A stretch of 64,000 bases of DNA, taken from positions 7,968,001-8,032,000 of the forward strand of contig CP086569.2 of the NCBI GenBank assembly GCA_009914755.4, read 5' to 3'. The position numbers and the translations under genes are program-made. This stretch comes from the human T2T-CHM13v2.0 reference genome, Homo sapiens. The notes beneath the pieces were generated by a model. The model saw only the letters and a list, made by a program, of their open reading frames with translations. It was not told the DNA's origin and made no database searches. Below, in pieces: positions 13,601 through 28,038 of this stretch. Every line of letters starts with the position of its first letter. The stretch's first letter is position 1.

Positions 13601-16600
13601 ATATTATGACTTTTCTGCCTGGACCCTGCCAACCTGAGATATTATCACATAACCCTGGGCTTATAAGCTGGGTGACTTCTCTCTCCTATGTGTACCCTGC
13701 CCCTAGAAGACATTGTGAAATATTGTTTGGCCAACATTTATGTCATGCGATCCTCCTCCTGGCTAAGGTTCTGCTTACCAAAAATCTTGTGACATACTGC
13801 TGATTGCAGCACCTAGGTGATATGGCTTTCCTTCATATTCCAGACTCTGGCAATAGATACATTATTAAATATTGCAGGGCCCAGCACCTAGGTGGAGTAA
13901 CTCTCCTCTTATGCTTCTTCCCTGTCTATAGCCGGCTTGGTAACATACTATTTGAGGCTGTATCCAGGTTGTGTGATTTTCTGACTAGGCCCAGCCTATA
14001 AAAGAGATTATACTGTATCACTGGCTCAGCACCCAGATAATGTGACTTTCCTGCATTGTCCCTGCTAACAGGTGAAATTGTGATATACACATGAGTTAAG
14101 CACATATGCACAATAATAACTCTTATAACTGGACCAACCCAGTAGGACTATTTTAACACTCTGTGTTAAGGACACATGCATAATAAATTTTATACCTGGA
14201 CCCAGCCAGCAGAGATATTTTGAGTCTTACAGCCAGTCTCAAGTCCATGGGTAAAGTCCTGGGATTTTTACTTGTACAAAGTTCATGAAGAATTATAAGA
14301 CTCAGGCATATAATATAAACCCTTTATGGTGCAAAGAGTGTCATAAAAGAGATCAGCAACGAGGTGAGAATATGACTCTTGCATGCATACCTAATAGAAG
14401 TCAAAAGCTGAAATAATTACTCTTATACCTGCCTCTTAATCACAGGTGGTTTGGTAACATTTGCAGCATGATTCAGCACAATGTGGTGTTGTGACTCCCC
14501 AGCTGAAACATAATCTTCTGGTGGGATTCTGGCTGTTATAGATGGATCTGCATCATTGCTGAAATGTGACTCCTCTGCATCAACTCAACTCATAGAAAGA
14601 TTTGACTTTCATACACAAAACCAGGACTTGTGTAGAATGTGCAACTTATTTCAAACATTTCTGAGAGTGTGATTGGGACAGGTAAATTTCCCCAGCACAT
14701 GAATAATTTGACCCCTTTTTTTGGTCCACACTACAGATGAAATTGTGCCATATGTGGAAGAATATGGCCCTAAGCAATACGTAACACATTCCTTCGCACT
14801 GCCTATGAAGGGCACTTTTGTATATCACTAGGACCATCATCCTGGTGAGGCGAATTATCTGCCTAAACTTGCCTACAATGAGAATTGTGTCTTATATCAA
14901 GGTCCATTACATAAGTGATATGACTCCTTTCTACTGCCTTGGCCCTGCACTTATAGTGTATTGTAACACATAGCTTGGTACTGCACCCAGGTGATGTGAT
15001 TCTCTATTTTGGGTTCTGCCAACAGAAAGCATTGTAACATATCACTTGGCTAAGCACCTAGGTGATGTTTCTTCACTTTTGCCTGTTCCCTGGCCACAGG
15101 GAGACTGTGACATATTCCTGATTTCAGCATCAATGTGAGATCGCTCTCCAACCTTGGTACTGAATATTAGAGCCATTTTGACATATAGTGAGGCCAATTG
15201 TTAGGTGAACTGAATCTCCTCTCTTGCCAAATTCATGCCAACATGAGGAGTTTTGATATGTCACTGAAATTAGCTTTCCGGTTTTGTGACTTTTTGGCCA
15301 GTTTCCTGCCCACAAGGTGGATTGTGACATCTCATTGGACTTGCACCCACGTAGGTGATGTGACTTTCCTGCCTTCTCTCTTGCCACAAATAATATTGTG
15401 CCATGTATCTGAGACCATAAAAAAGCCTAATAGCAACTCATGTCTGGAGTCAGAACTTGCGCAGGATGGTGAGTTGTATTCTTAAACTTTTTCACAAGTG
15501 TAATTCTGACATATAGTATTGCTCAGCTCCTGAGTGACTTAATAATTCTGCCTAGATTCAGTCCACAAATGAGATTTTGACAAATACCTGGGCCAAGAAC
15601 CTTGGTGAATTAATCGTGCTATCTTAACAATGTCCTTAGGGTGAATGGTCACATATTTCTTTACCTGTCATCTAGGTTACATGACTCCCTTCTTTGGCCT
15701 GTACTCTGCTTTCTTTAGTAATTTTAGCATTTCTAAACACTGCATCCTAATGACTTGATTCTTTTTCCTGAGCCCTGTCAACATGAGATATTGTGACATA
15801 TTTTTGATCCCTGCTGTAAGGTGATATGAGTCTCCTATCCTGCCTGGACACTTCCCACAAGGGACGTTGTGCACAAAGCTGGATTTAGCACACCAGTTGT
15901 GTGACATTTCTTACTGGAATATTCCTACAATAAGAATATTGGGATATTTCTGGCCCAGGATTTCAGTGATGTGGCTCTTCTGCCTGCTTTATAACTACAG
16001 AGGGAATTGTAACCTATTCCTAGGCCTGCACAACAGGCATGATAATGAGTCATTTATGTGGACTCAGCCAGTAGAGGCTACTTTAAGTCTTATAAATAGG
16101 TTTAATGACATGTGTGATGTCTTGGATCATCTTCTTGTTCAAAGGTCACAGAAGACTGTAACACTTACACATGTTTACAAAATCTTTGGCTTACATACAC
16201 AGAATCTAAGCAGGGCTCAGCTTACAGGTGGTTTTGAGCCTTGTATGCACACCTAGCTCACAGTAATGACTGTCATCATCTAACATGTATGAAGCCAGTT
16301 GTTAAATGAAAACAGGATGTGTGTGGTATTGTAAATCTCATCTTTGGAATTTTCTGAGAGTGTGATTGTGATGTAAACCTTTGCCAAGCACCTGTGTAAT
16401 CTGACTCACCAGAATTGTTTCAGCCCATATATGAGATTGTGATCTCTACCTAGGACAACCTGGAGGTGATGTGACTCTCCTGCCTGGGCCCTTTTCTCAG
16501 TAATGATTGTGACATATCACTGGAGCTAGCATCCAGGTGATGTTATATTCTTGCCTTCACCATGCCACCCAAATTGCTGTTACATATATTTGTGTCCACC

Positions 16601-19600
16601 TCTTAGGGGATGCCACTCTCCTCTCTGTAATGGGCCCTGCACAAAGGAAGGATGGTGACATATTGCTAGCCCAGGCATACAGGTGAGGGAACTCTTAGGC
16701 CAGATCCATGCCCAAAGGAGGGCATTGTGACATATCTCTCGGCTTATCGCAGAGTTTATGTGGCTTTCCTGCTTGGGCTTTGCCAACCTGGAGAGTGACA
16801 TATTTCCAGGCCAGTCACACAGGTGATGATATTCTTTTGCCAGGGCTATGCTCCATAGAGGACATTGTTACATATATCTGGGCCTATCACCTCGGTGAAG
16901 TGAATCCCTGCTTTGGCCCTACCCATGTGGAGCATTGTGGCATAAGCAGAAACCTGCATCTAGGTGATATAACTCTCTTTGCTGGGTTCTGTGTTAAGAG
17001 AGCCTTGTGAAAGATCTCAGGAACCAGAACCTAAGTGATGTGTTTCTTTTGTCCACTTTCTGTCCACATGTTACATTGTGACACATTCCCAGGAAAGCAG
17101 CTAGGGGATCTGACTCTCCTCATCTGCCTGATCCCTGCTTGCGGTGGACATTGGGATGCTGGGGTTCAGTCAGCCTGGTGGGAAATTATTTATGTAAAAT
17201 ATAAACACATAATCTCTGGAAGGCCTGGAGGTTTGTATAAAGTGTTTGGCTGAAGACAGCCTTATACTTTTTGAGCTATAGCAAGGGTATTTAACGATGG
17301 AATACAGAGAAGTCTATTTAAATAGCTTGTTTACTCATGTGGTCCTAAAACTAACCTTTGACCATTTGCTGGTGTGTAATTTCTTTGTATTAGAGGGGTC
17401 AGCAATGGTAATTAATTTCTAGTGGTGTTTACTTGAGACTTTTGTCATTTAATGTGTGTTGAATGAATGCCAGGAGAGCCAGCAACTCAGGGCCACAGCT
17501 GACAGCACTCTCACTGGAGTCTGTAAGTGGCTTGGACTCTCAGCCAGACTGATAAGCATAATATATGCATCTGTGTACATTATTTATTTTTCGTTGAGTC
17601 AGGGTTTCCCGGAAAACCTCTCATTGGGACATATCTCTGAGCCCATGACCTAAGTGATGTGGCTCTCTTTTTCTGCCTGGGCCTTCACAATAGGAGGATT
17701 TTGACACATTGGTGAGCCCAGCACTCAAGGTACATAACTCTCCTCTTTTTCTGGACAATGCCTACAAAAATGGAATTTTGTCATATTGCAGGATTCATCA
17801 CTGGATGATGTTACTCTTCTGCCTGGGTCCTGCATAAAGAGGAAATTATGACATATTGCATATCACTGGGCCAAGCACCCTATTGATGTGACTCTCCTGT
17901 CTGTGCTTGAGCCACTGAAGGTATATTGTCATATCTTGGGCCCATTATGTAGGTGTTTTGGCTCTCATTACCTGGCTGGATTTTTTCCACATGTGAGATG
18001 GTACCATATTGATGGGTTCAGCACCCAGTTATGTGACCCAGTTTTCGATACCCTGCGTAGAGAAGGCATTGTGACACATTGCTTTGCACAGAATTGCTCA
18101 ATATTCAGGTTATTTGGCTAAGTGATGTTACCCTCCTGCCTAGTTTTTTGTCCACAAATGGAATTATGACATATACCTTGCTGAAGTTCAAAGGCATGAT
18201 GATCAAACTTATATTCGGTTTGAGCCAATAGGGAAAATTTTCCCTCTTATACTTAGGCTTAGGACAATAGAGAAGCCCCAGGTTGCATATTTGTATCATG
18301 CTCACAGAAGCTTACACCACTATCTTATATAGTATAAACACTTCTGTGGTAGGGAGTTTCATAACAGGAGCCAGCAGAAAGTTCACATTGGGGCTCTCAA
18401 TTACACACCAAGGAGAAATTAAAAGTGGTCATTATTCCACACCTACAAATCCCACTGTTGACATTCTGAGTGTAACAAGCAAATATAGTGCGAGGTTGGA
18501 ATTATGACTTTTATATGTGGATCTGGCCAAAGGTGAGATTGTGACTTATTTCTGGACCCAGCCCACAGGCATAATAATAGGTCTTCTCCCTTAACTCTGC
18601 CTATAGGAGAGATGTTGACTAAAAAACCTGGGGTTAGGGCAATATATAAGATTGTGAGTTCATAAGAGCATGTACACCTCAGAGAGGTTTGCATCCCTCA
18701 TGAAGGTGTTATAAATTCCTCGGATGTTGCAGAGAGAGTCATACATTGGTCCAGTACACAAGTGAGACAGTGACACTAATACACATGCTCAGCTAAAAGT
18801 TACCTGTCACCCTCAAAGATGAGGAGATTGTGTCATATCACTGAGCCCCAGTTTTGAGACTTTGGGGCTCATATTCCTTTCCATGGGGACATTATTACAT
18901 GTCACTGGGTCAAAATCATAATGATGTGACTCTTTTGCCTGGGCGCTCTCACCGGGGGATATTATCACATATGTCTGAGACTATTAGCTACGTGATGTGT
19001 CTCCCCTGACAGTGCTGTGCACACAGGAAACATTGTGACTTATCACTAGATATAGAATCTACGTAATGTGACTCTTCTGTCCTGCCTGGATCCTGCCCAC
19101 TGAAGAAATTGTGACATACCACTGAAAGCAAAATCTAGCTGAGTCATATCACCAAATATTTAGGTGATATGACTCTCCTCTTCTGCCTGAACATGGCCCA
19201 CAAGTGACAATGTGCCACAGAGCTGGATCAAGTACACAGGTTATGCCACATTTCACAAAGTATTCTGCCTACAAAGAAAATATTGGACTATTTCTGGCTC
19301 AGCATTCAGGTTGTTTGGCTACCATGACTGTTTCATTACCACAAAGTAACCTTTGATGTAAACCTGTGCACAGTTCACAGGCCTGGTGATAACTCTCGTA
19401 TGTGGACCCCATGAATAGGAGTAATTTTGACTCTCATAATTTTTTAAAAACAGGAGTGATTACATCCCTTTCTGCTAAAAAAAAAATCACAGAAGGTTAT
19501 AACAAACTCAGATATTTGGTAAAGACCTTGACTTGTACAGATCGTGTCATAAGAGAACCCAGCAGAAAGGTAAAATTGTATTCTTACATGCACACCCAGC

Positions 19601-21746
19601 AGTCAGTAATGACTGTCACTGTCTCACATATATGAAGCCAACAGTTACACATGAAAACGGGACGTGTGGAATCGTAAATCTCCTCTCAGGTATTTTCTGC
19701 CAGTGTAATTGTGATGTAAATATTTGCTGAGAACCTGTGTGATTTGACTCTGTAGACTGGATCCACCCCACATATGTTGTGATATCTACCTGGGGAAACC
19801 ACTAGGTGATGTGAATCTCCTGGCTGGGCTTTGCTGTCAGTAAGAATCATGGCATATCACTAGATCCAGGAACCAGGTCATGTTACATTTATTTCTGAGC
19901 CATGCCCACATAAATCATTGTGATATATGACTGTGTCAAACACCTGGGTGACATAACTCTCTTCATTAGAAGGCACATAGTGGAGTATAACGACATATGG
20001 CTTGATGAGTCAAACAAGTGATGGTACCCTTTTGCTAGGGCCTTGTCCTAAACAGGGCATTGTGGAAAACCTCTGGGCCTATCACCTAGGTGATATTGAT
20101 CTCCTGCTTGGGTCCTACTTTCCTGGATAGTGACATATCACTAGGCTAGGCATGCAGGTGATGGTACTCTTTCCACAGGGCCATGCCTCAAGGAGGACTT
20201 TCTGACATCTCTGGGCCAATCATCTAGGTGATGTGACTCTTGGCTTGAGGCCTGACCACATGGATTATTATGAAATAAGTGTAGACCCTGCATCTATTTG
20301 TTGTAACTCTCTTGCCTAGGTCCTGTCCTAAGGGAGCCATGTGACACATTTCAGGACCCAGCATCAAGGTGAGGTGGCTATTCTGCTTGGCTTCAGCTCA
20401 CATGTTAGATTGTGCCATGTACCTGGAGAAGCACCTAGGTGATATGACTACACTTCTACCTGACTCCTGCCTACTTGGAATATTTGGCTAATGATCTGAG
20501 CCTGGGTCCTAAGTGATGTGACTCTTTTCTTCTGCTTGAGCCTTTAAAGTATGGTGATGTGACACATTGTTAAGCCCAATACTTAGGTAATATGATTCTA
20601 CTTTTTATCCTGAACTATGCACATGAAAAAGAATTTGGACGGATTGCAGGGCTCAGCACCTAGATGATGTTCCTCTTCTGTACATGTCCTGCATAAACAA
20701 ATAATTATGGTATACTGCTAGGCACCCTCATCCTGATGATGTAAACTTCTCTCCTGTGCTAGAGCAACAAAAAGTATTTTTACTTATCTTGGGCCTATTG
20801 CATAGGTGTTTTTGCTATTATTTTTCTATGTTTCTTTTTTTCACATTTGGGATTTTGTCATATTACTGGGTCCAGCACCCAGTTAATGTAACCCTAACTT
20901 CTAGACCCTGCCTAAAAAAGGTATTGTGTCATATTGCTTGACACAGCATCTTAGTAGTATTTTTCCTACAAATGAGATTATGAAATTTATATTGTGTCAT
21001 TTCACAGGCAAGATGATCAAACTTAAATTTAGATTCCACTACTAGTGATATTTTCTTCTCATTTCTATGCTTCAGCAATAGGTAAGGTTATGAGTTGCAT
21101 ATTTGTATAAAGGTAACATAAGTTTGCAACACTAACTCATACCATATAAACTCCTTGGGTGGTACACAGAGTTTTATAACAGGGCCCAGCAGAAGGTAAT
21201 ATTGTGACTCCTGATTACATATGCAGGTGAGAGCAAAAATTATCACCATACCACATTTGCAAAGCCCAGTGTGGAAGTCCTGATTCTAACAAGTAAATAA
21301 AGTACAAAGATGGAGTTGTGAGTTTCATATGTGGATCTTACTATAGGCAAGATGATGAATCATTTCTAGACCCATATTAAAGGCATAATAATGTGTCTCA
21401 TGTCTGAACCCAGCCTATAAGAGAGATATTGACTATCATAACTGGGTTTAGGGCAATATGTGTCATTGTGAGTCAATACAAGCATGTACGACTCAGAGAT
21501 TTTCAACTCTCATGCATATTGCCTAAAACCTCCAGATATTATAGAGTGTGTCATACTACGACCCAAAATACACATGAGATTGCGACCCTTATATACACAC
21601 CAAGCTAACTGTTAAAGATGTTACACTAAATTATGAGAAGATTGTGTTATTTTACTAGGCCTAGTACCCGGTGTTGAAAGTTTTTGGCTAAATTTTTTCC
21701 CATGGGTGCACTGTAAAATATCTCTGAGTTAGAATCATAATAATGT

Positions 21747-22039
21747 GGCTGGACATGGTGGATCATGCTGTCATTCCAGCATTTTGGGAGGCTGAGGCTG
21801 GTGGATCACAAGATCAGGAGATCAAGACCATCCTGACTAACACGGTGAAACCCTGTCTGTATTAAAAATACAAAAAAGTTAGCCAGCATGATGGCAGGCA
21901 CCAGTGATCCCAGCTACTCAGGAGGTTGAGGCAGGAGAATGGCATGAACCCAGGAGGCAGTGCTTGCAGTGAGCCTAGATCATGCCACTGCACTCCAGCC
22001 TGGGTGACAGAGGGAGACTTCATCCCGGAAAAAAAAAAA
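21747..22039 (+). mobile_element. Alu SINE (AluS/Y-type)
   Basis: ggctggacatggtggatcatgc...gcactccagcctgggtgacagagggagact ending in an 11-nt poly(A); it interrupts a satellite monomer. Confidence 0.88.
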
Positions 22040-25000
22040 TAGTAATATTTTTCAGCTTGGACCCAGCCAACAGGACATATTATCCCACATTTTTGGTCTT
22101 ATAAGCCAGGTGATGTGTTTCTCCTCCCAGTTTTCTGACCACAGAGGACACTGTGACATATCTCTAAATATAGCACATAGGTAATGTGACTCTCCTCTCT
22201 TGCCTGGATCCTGCCCACTGAAGAAATTGGGACATACCACTGAGTGCAAAACCTAAGTGATGTGACTCTTCTCTTTCTCGCGGACTCTGACAAAAGAGGG
22301 AATTATCAGGTATTACTGCACACAGCATTTAGGGAATGTGACTATTCAATATTTTTTCAAACCTGTATACAGTGAGCATGATGTCATATTTGAGATTGTA
22401 CCCAGGTGACATGGCTCTTCTGACAGGGTCCTGTGTACAAAGAAGGTTTTAATGTATCCCTGGCTCAGCACCTTGATGATGTAACACTTCTGTCTTGTCT
22501 CTGTCCAAAGGTGAAAATGTGACATATACCTGCATTCAGCCCATATGCACAATAATAACTCTCATATCTAGACCCATCCAGGGCAGATATTTCAACTCTC
22601 ATAGCCAGTCATACAGGCTTGGGGAATGTCTCAGATTTCCAACTGTAAGAATTCACAGAAAAGTATGCTACTCAGGAATATTATATAAAGCCTGAGTGGT
22701 ACAAGGACTGTCATAACATAGAAACCAGATGCTATTGTGATTCTTGGATCCACACCTAGCTGACACAATTGTCATTCTCACACATGGACAGAGCCTATGA
22801 ATGAGGTGCTAAATCTCTCACACCTGAGCAGTTGATACTGTTACTCTCATACATGTATCTACTCCACAGGTGGTTTAATGACATTTGAGCCATGATTAAG
22901 TAGAACTGTGGTGTTTGACTCTCTTGCTGGAACACAATTATTTACTGGGATTCGGGCTTTTATACATGGATTCTTCCCCTCGTTGGGATTGTAATGCTTG
23001 TACTGCAACCCAAATCATAGGGGGGTGTTGACTCTCATACCAGAAGCCAGGAATTGTGTGAGACTGTGAAACTTATTTCTTAATATTTTCAAGTTTGTGA
23101 TTGAGAAGTATGACTTTGCCCAGCATCTGAGTGTTTTCACCTTCCTTTCTGGGCCCAGAGCACAACTGAAATTGTGACATGTATGCACCAAGCACCTAAG
23201 CTAAGTCCAACACCTTCTTTGGCAATGTGACAAAGGGCACATTTTTTCATATCATTGGGACCAGCACTCAACTGATGTGAAAACTTGTTCCAAACTCTGC
23301 CTGTGAAGAGTATTGTGGCTTCTATCTAGGTCCATCACATAAGTTATTTGACTTTCTTCTAATGCCTTGGCCATGCACTTATGGTGCATTGTGACACATC
23401 ACTGGGTACTGCACCCAGGTGATATGACTCTTTTTTATGGGAGGGGTTTTACCAGTAGGAAATGATGTGTCACTTGTCTCAGCATCTATGTGAGGCTTAT
23501 TCTTTTTTGCCTGGGCCCTGACTACTGGAGAGATTGTGAAATATTGCTGAACCCAACACCAAGTTTGGTCCCTCTCCTGCATGGTCCTGCACACAGGGGA
23601 AATTGTGACATATATCCAGACCAGTTGCTTAGGTGAGGTTTGTCTCCTATCCTGCCTAAGCCCTGCCTACAGGGGAAATTCAGATATGTCACTGAAACCA
23701 ACATTTATGTGATGTGCCTCTTTTTCCAGAATCCTGCCCACAAGGAGCATTGTGACATTTCACTGGACCAGAATCCACTCAGGTGATGTGACTTTCCTTT
23801 CTTCTCCCTCCCTGCCCACAGGTGATGTTGTGCCATATAACTGAGACTAGATGAAAGGCCTAACAACGACTTTTGTACTTGGAGCCAGGACATGTGCAGG
23901 ATGGTGACTCTCATCCCTAAACTTTTCCATTGGTGGTGTTGTGACATAACTTTGCCCAGCTCCTGAGTGATTTAATAATCCTGCCTAGTTATAGCCCACT
24001 GATGACATTTTGACATAAACCTGAGATAACAATCTTGGCGATTTGACTCTCATGTTTTAACAGTATCCTCAGAAGAGTTCACAACATACTCCTAGACCCC
24101 TTGTCTAGGTATGTGACTCTCCTCTCCTGCCTGAACTCGGCTTCCAGTGAAGAGTGTAGCATTTTTAAGCACTGTATCCAAACAACATAACCCTCTTGCC
24201 TAACCTTTTTGACAGAAGGTATTGTGAAATATTTCTGTGCCCATCATTTAGGTGGTATGACTCACCTTTCCTGCCTGGACACTCTGCACAGGAGGCATTA
24301 TGCCATAGAGCTGGGTTTAGCACCCAATATTTGTGATGTTTCTGTGAGGGTCTTGCCTACAAAGAGAATATTGGAATTTTTCTGGCTTCGGATTTAGGTG
24401 ACATGGTTGTCCTGCCTGTTTAGTAACCACAAAGTGGATGGTGGCATATACGTAGGCACAGCTAACAGGCATAATAATGACTCTCATATGTGGTCTGAGC
24501 CAATAGGAGAAATTTTGACTCATCTAACTAGGTTGATGTACATGAGTGATATGGAGGTTCTTCTTCTGGAAAAGGTCACAGAAGATTACAAAAATCACAC
24601 ATATTTTATAACACCTTTGGGTTGTACAGAGAGTGTCATAACAGGGCCTAGCACACAAAAGAAATTGTGAGTCTCCAATGCACACCAGCTGACTGTAAGG
24701 AATTTCACTATTCCAGATGGATGGAGGCAACTCTCCTACATGAAAACAGGACATGTGTGGTATGGTAAATCTAATCCCTAGAATTTTATTCTATCGTGAT
24801 TGTGATATAAATCTTTGTCAAGTACCTGTGTGATTTTACTCTTCAGACTGGTTCCAGCCTACATATGGGATTTTGATATCTACCTGAGCCACTCTTAAAA
24901 TGATATGACTCTTCTGCCTGGATCATGCTCAGTAAGAATGGTGACATCACTGGATCCAGCTCCCGGGTGACTTTACATTCTTGTCTGCACCATACCCAGA

Positions 25001-27600
25001 AACATCATTGTGACATATCACTGTGTCCATCCCTTAGAAGATGTTACTCTCATCTCTGGAATGAGCCCTGCACACAGGGAAGAATAGTGACACATTTCTA
25101 GGCCACACACACAGATGATGATACTCTTTTGTCAGGACCTTGACCAAAAGAGGACATTTTGACATATCTCAGGGCCTATCTTGTAGGTGATATGGCTCTT
25201 CAGCTTGGGACCTGCCCACTTGAACAGTGACATATTGCTAGGCCAGGCACAAAGGTGATGGTACTCTTTTGACAGGGCCATGCTTTAAGGAAGACTTTGT
25301 GACACATCTCTGTGGCTATCACCTAGTTTATGTGACGTCTTGCTTGGTCCTGCCCACATGGGGCATTGTGACATAAAGCTGGAACCTGGACATAGGTGAT
25401 GTATCTCCATTGTCTGGGTCCTTTTCTAAAGGGGACTTGTGAATACATCAGGACCAAAATTCATGTGATGTGTCTCTTCAGCCTAGTATCTGCCCACATA
25501 TTAATTTGTGACATATAGCTAAGGAAGCAATTGGATGATATGACTCTCTTTTTCTGCTTGAGCCCAGCATACTGGTGACATTGGGACATATTTCTGAGCC
25601 CATGACCTAAATCATGTGACTCTCTTCTTCTGACTGTGCTTTTATAATGAGAATATTATGATATATTGATGAGTCCAGCCCTTAGGTAATGTGACTTTCA
25701 TCTTTTTGCTGAACAACACCCACAAACAGGACTTTTCCCATGCTTCAGGGCCCAACTCCCAGATTATGTCAGTCTTCTGCCTAGGTCATGCATAAATAGG
25801 GAGTTATAGCATATTGTTCAGCCCAGCACCACAAAGATGTAACTCTCCTGCTTCTGCCCAAGCCACAGAAGGTATTTTGACGTATCTTTGACCCATTCGG
25901 TAGGTGTTTTGACTCTCATCACTTTTCTGGATTTTCTCCACATGAGGTTGTATCATATTGGTGGCTCCAGCCCCCAGTTAATGTGACCCTTTTCCTAGCC
26001 CTTGCCTAGAGAGGACATTGTGAAATATCGTGTGGCACAACACCTAAGTAATTTTAAAGTTTTGCTTGGTTTTCTTGCCCACAAATGGGATTATGACATA
26101 TACTTTGGTTCAGTTCAAAGGCAAGATGATCAAGCTTATATTGGGATTCACCCAATAGGGGATATCTTGCCTCTAGCATCTATATTTAGGTCGATAGGTA
26201 AGGTCCTTCATTTCACATTTGAACAGAGCACACTGAAATTTGCAATATTAACTCATATCAGGAAAACTTATTGGGTAGTACAGAGTTTCATAATAGGGCC
26301 GAGCAAAAGTTAAGATTGTGTCTCTTGACTACACACTCTCATGAAAGTAAAAGTTATTGTCATCCTACATTTACAAAGCCCATTGTTGAGTTCCTCAGTC
26401 TAACAAGTAAATACAGCAGAAAGTTGGAATTGTGACTTTCATAAGTGAATGTGGCCACGCATGGGATGGTGACTCATTTTTGGCACCAGCTTACAGGCAT
26501 AATAGTGGTCTCATTCCTGAGTCCAGCCTATAGGAGAGCTGTTTACTGTCATGCCTGGGTTTATGGCAATATGTAAGATCATGAGTCCATATAAGTGTTT
26601 GGGCCTAAGAAAAGTTAGCAACCCTGATGCATGTTGAACAAAGTTCCCTGATGTTGTAGAGTGTGCCATACAATGGTCAGCACACATGTGAGATTGTGGC
26701 TTTCATATACACAACTAGCTAACAGTTAATATTTTCACTCTTAAAAATGAGAAGATTGTGTCATATCCATTGGCTTAGCAACCAGGTGTTGAGACTTTTT
26801 GGCTTAACTTCCTTTCTATAAGGGCTTTGTTACATATCACTGGTTCAGAGTAATGATAATGCGATTCTTCTGCCTAGACCCAATAATCAGGGAATATTTT
26901 TAGATAGCTCTGGTCCTACTTGCTAGGTGATATTTCTCCCTTCCAGTGTCCTGCCCACAGGGGACACTATAGCATACCACAAGATAAAATATCTAGGTAA
27001 TATGACTCTCCTCTCCTGCTTGGATCCTGCCTACTGAAGAAATTGTGACATGTTACTGAGCATAAAACCTTGTTGACATGACTTTCCTCTTTTTCCTAAA
27101 CTCTGCCTAGAGGAGGAATTATTCCATATTTCTGAGCTCAGCACCCAACTGGTGTGATTCTCTTTTTCTTCTTCAAAACTGTCTACACTGGGGATGATGA
27201 CATATTATTTGAGGCTGTACCCAAGTGATGTGTCTCTTCTGTCTAGTTTCTGCCCACATGTTAGTTTGTGACATATAACTAGGGAAGCACCTAGGTGATA
27301 TGACTCTCCATTTCTGCCTGGGCCCTGCCTATTGGGGGCACTGGGAAATATCTCTGAGCCCATAACCTAATAAACTAACTGCTTCTTCTCTCTGGCTTTT
27401 ACATCAGTGGATTGTGCCATATAGCTGAGCCCATCACTCAGGTTATTTTATCCTTTTTTTTTTCTTGAACCATGAACACACAAAAATTTTTGACTTATTG
27501 CGTGGCCCCAGCACATAGATGATATTACTCTTTTGCTTGGGTCCTGCATATAGAGAGAACTATGGCATATTGCTGGGCCCAGCACCCTAAAAATTTGTAA

Positions 27601-28038
<438 letters not shown>
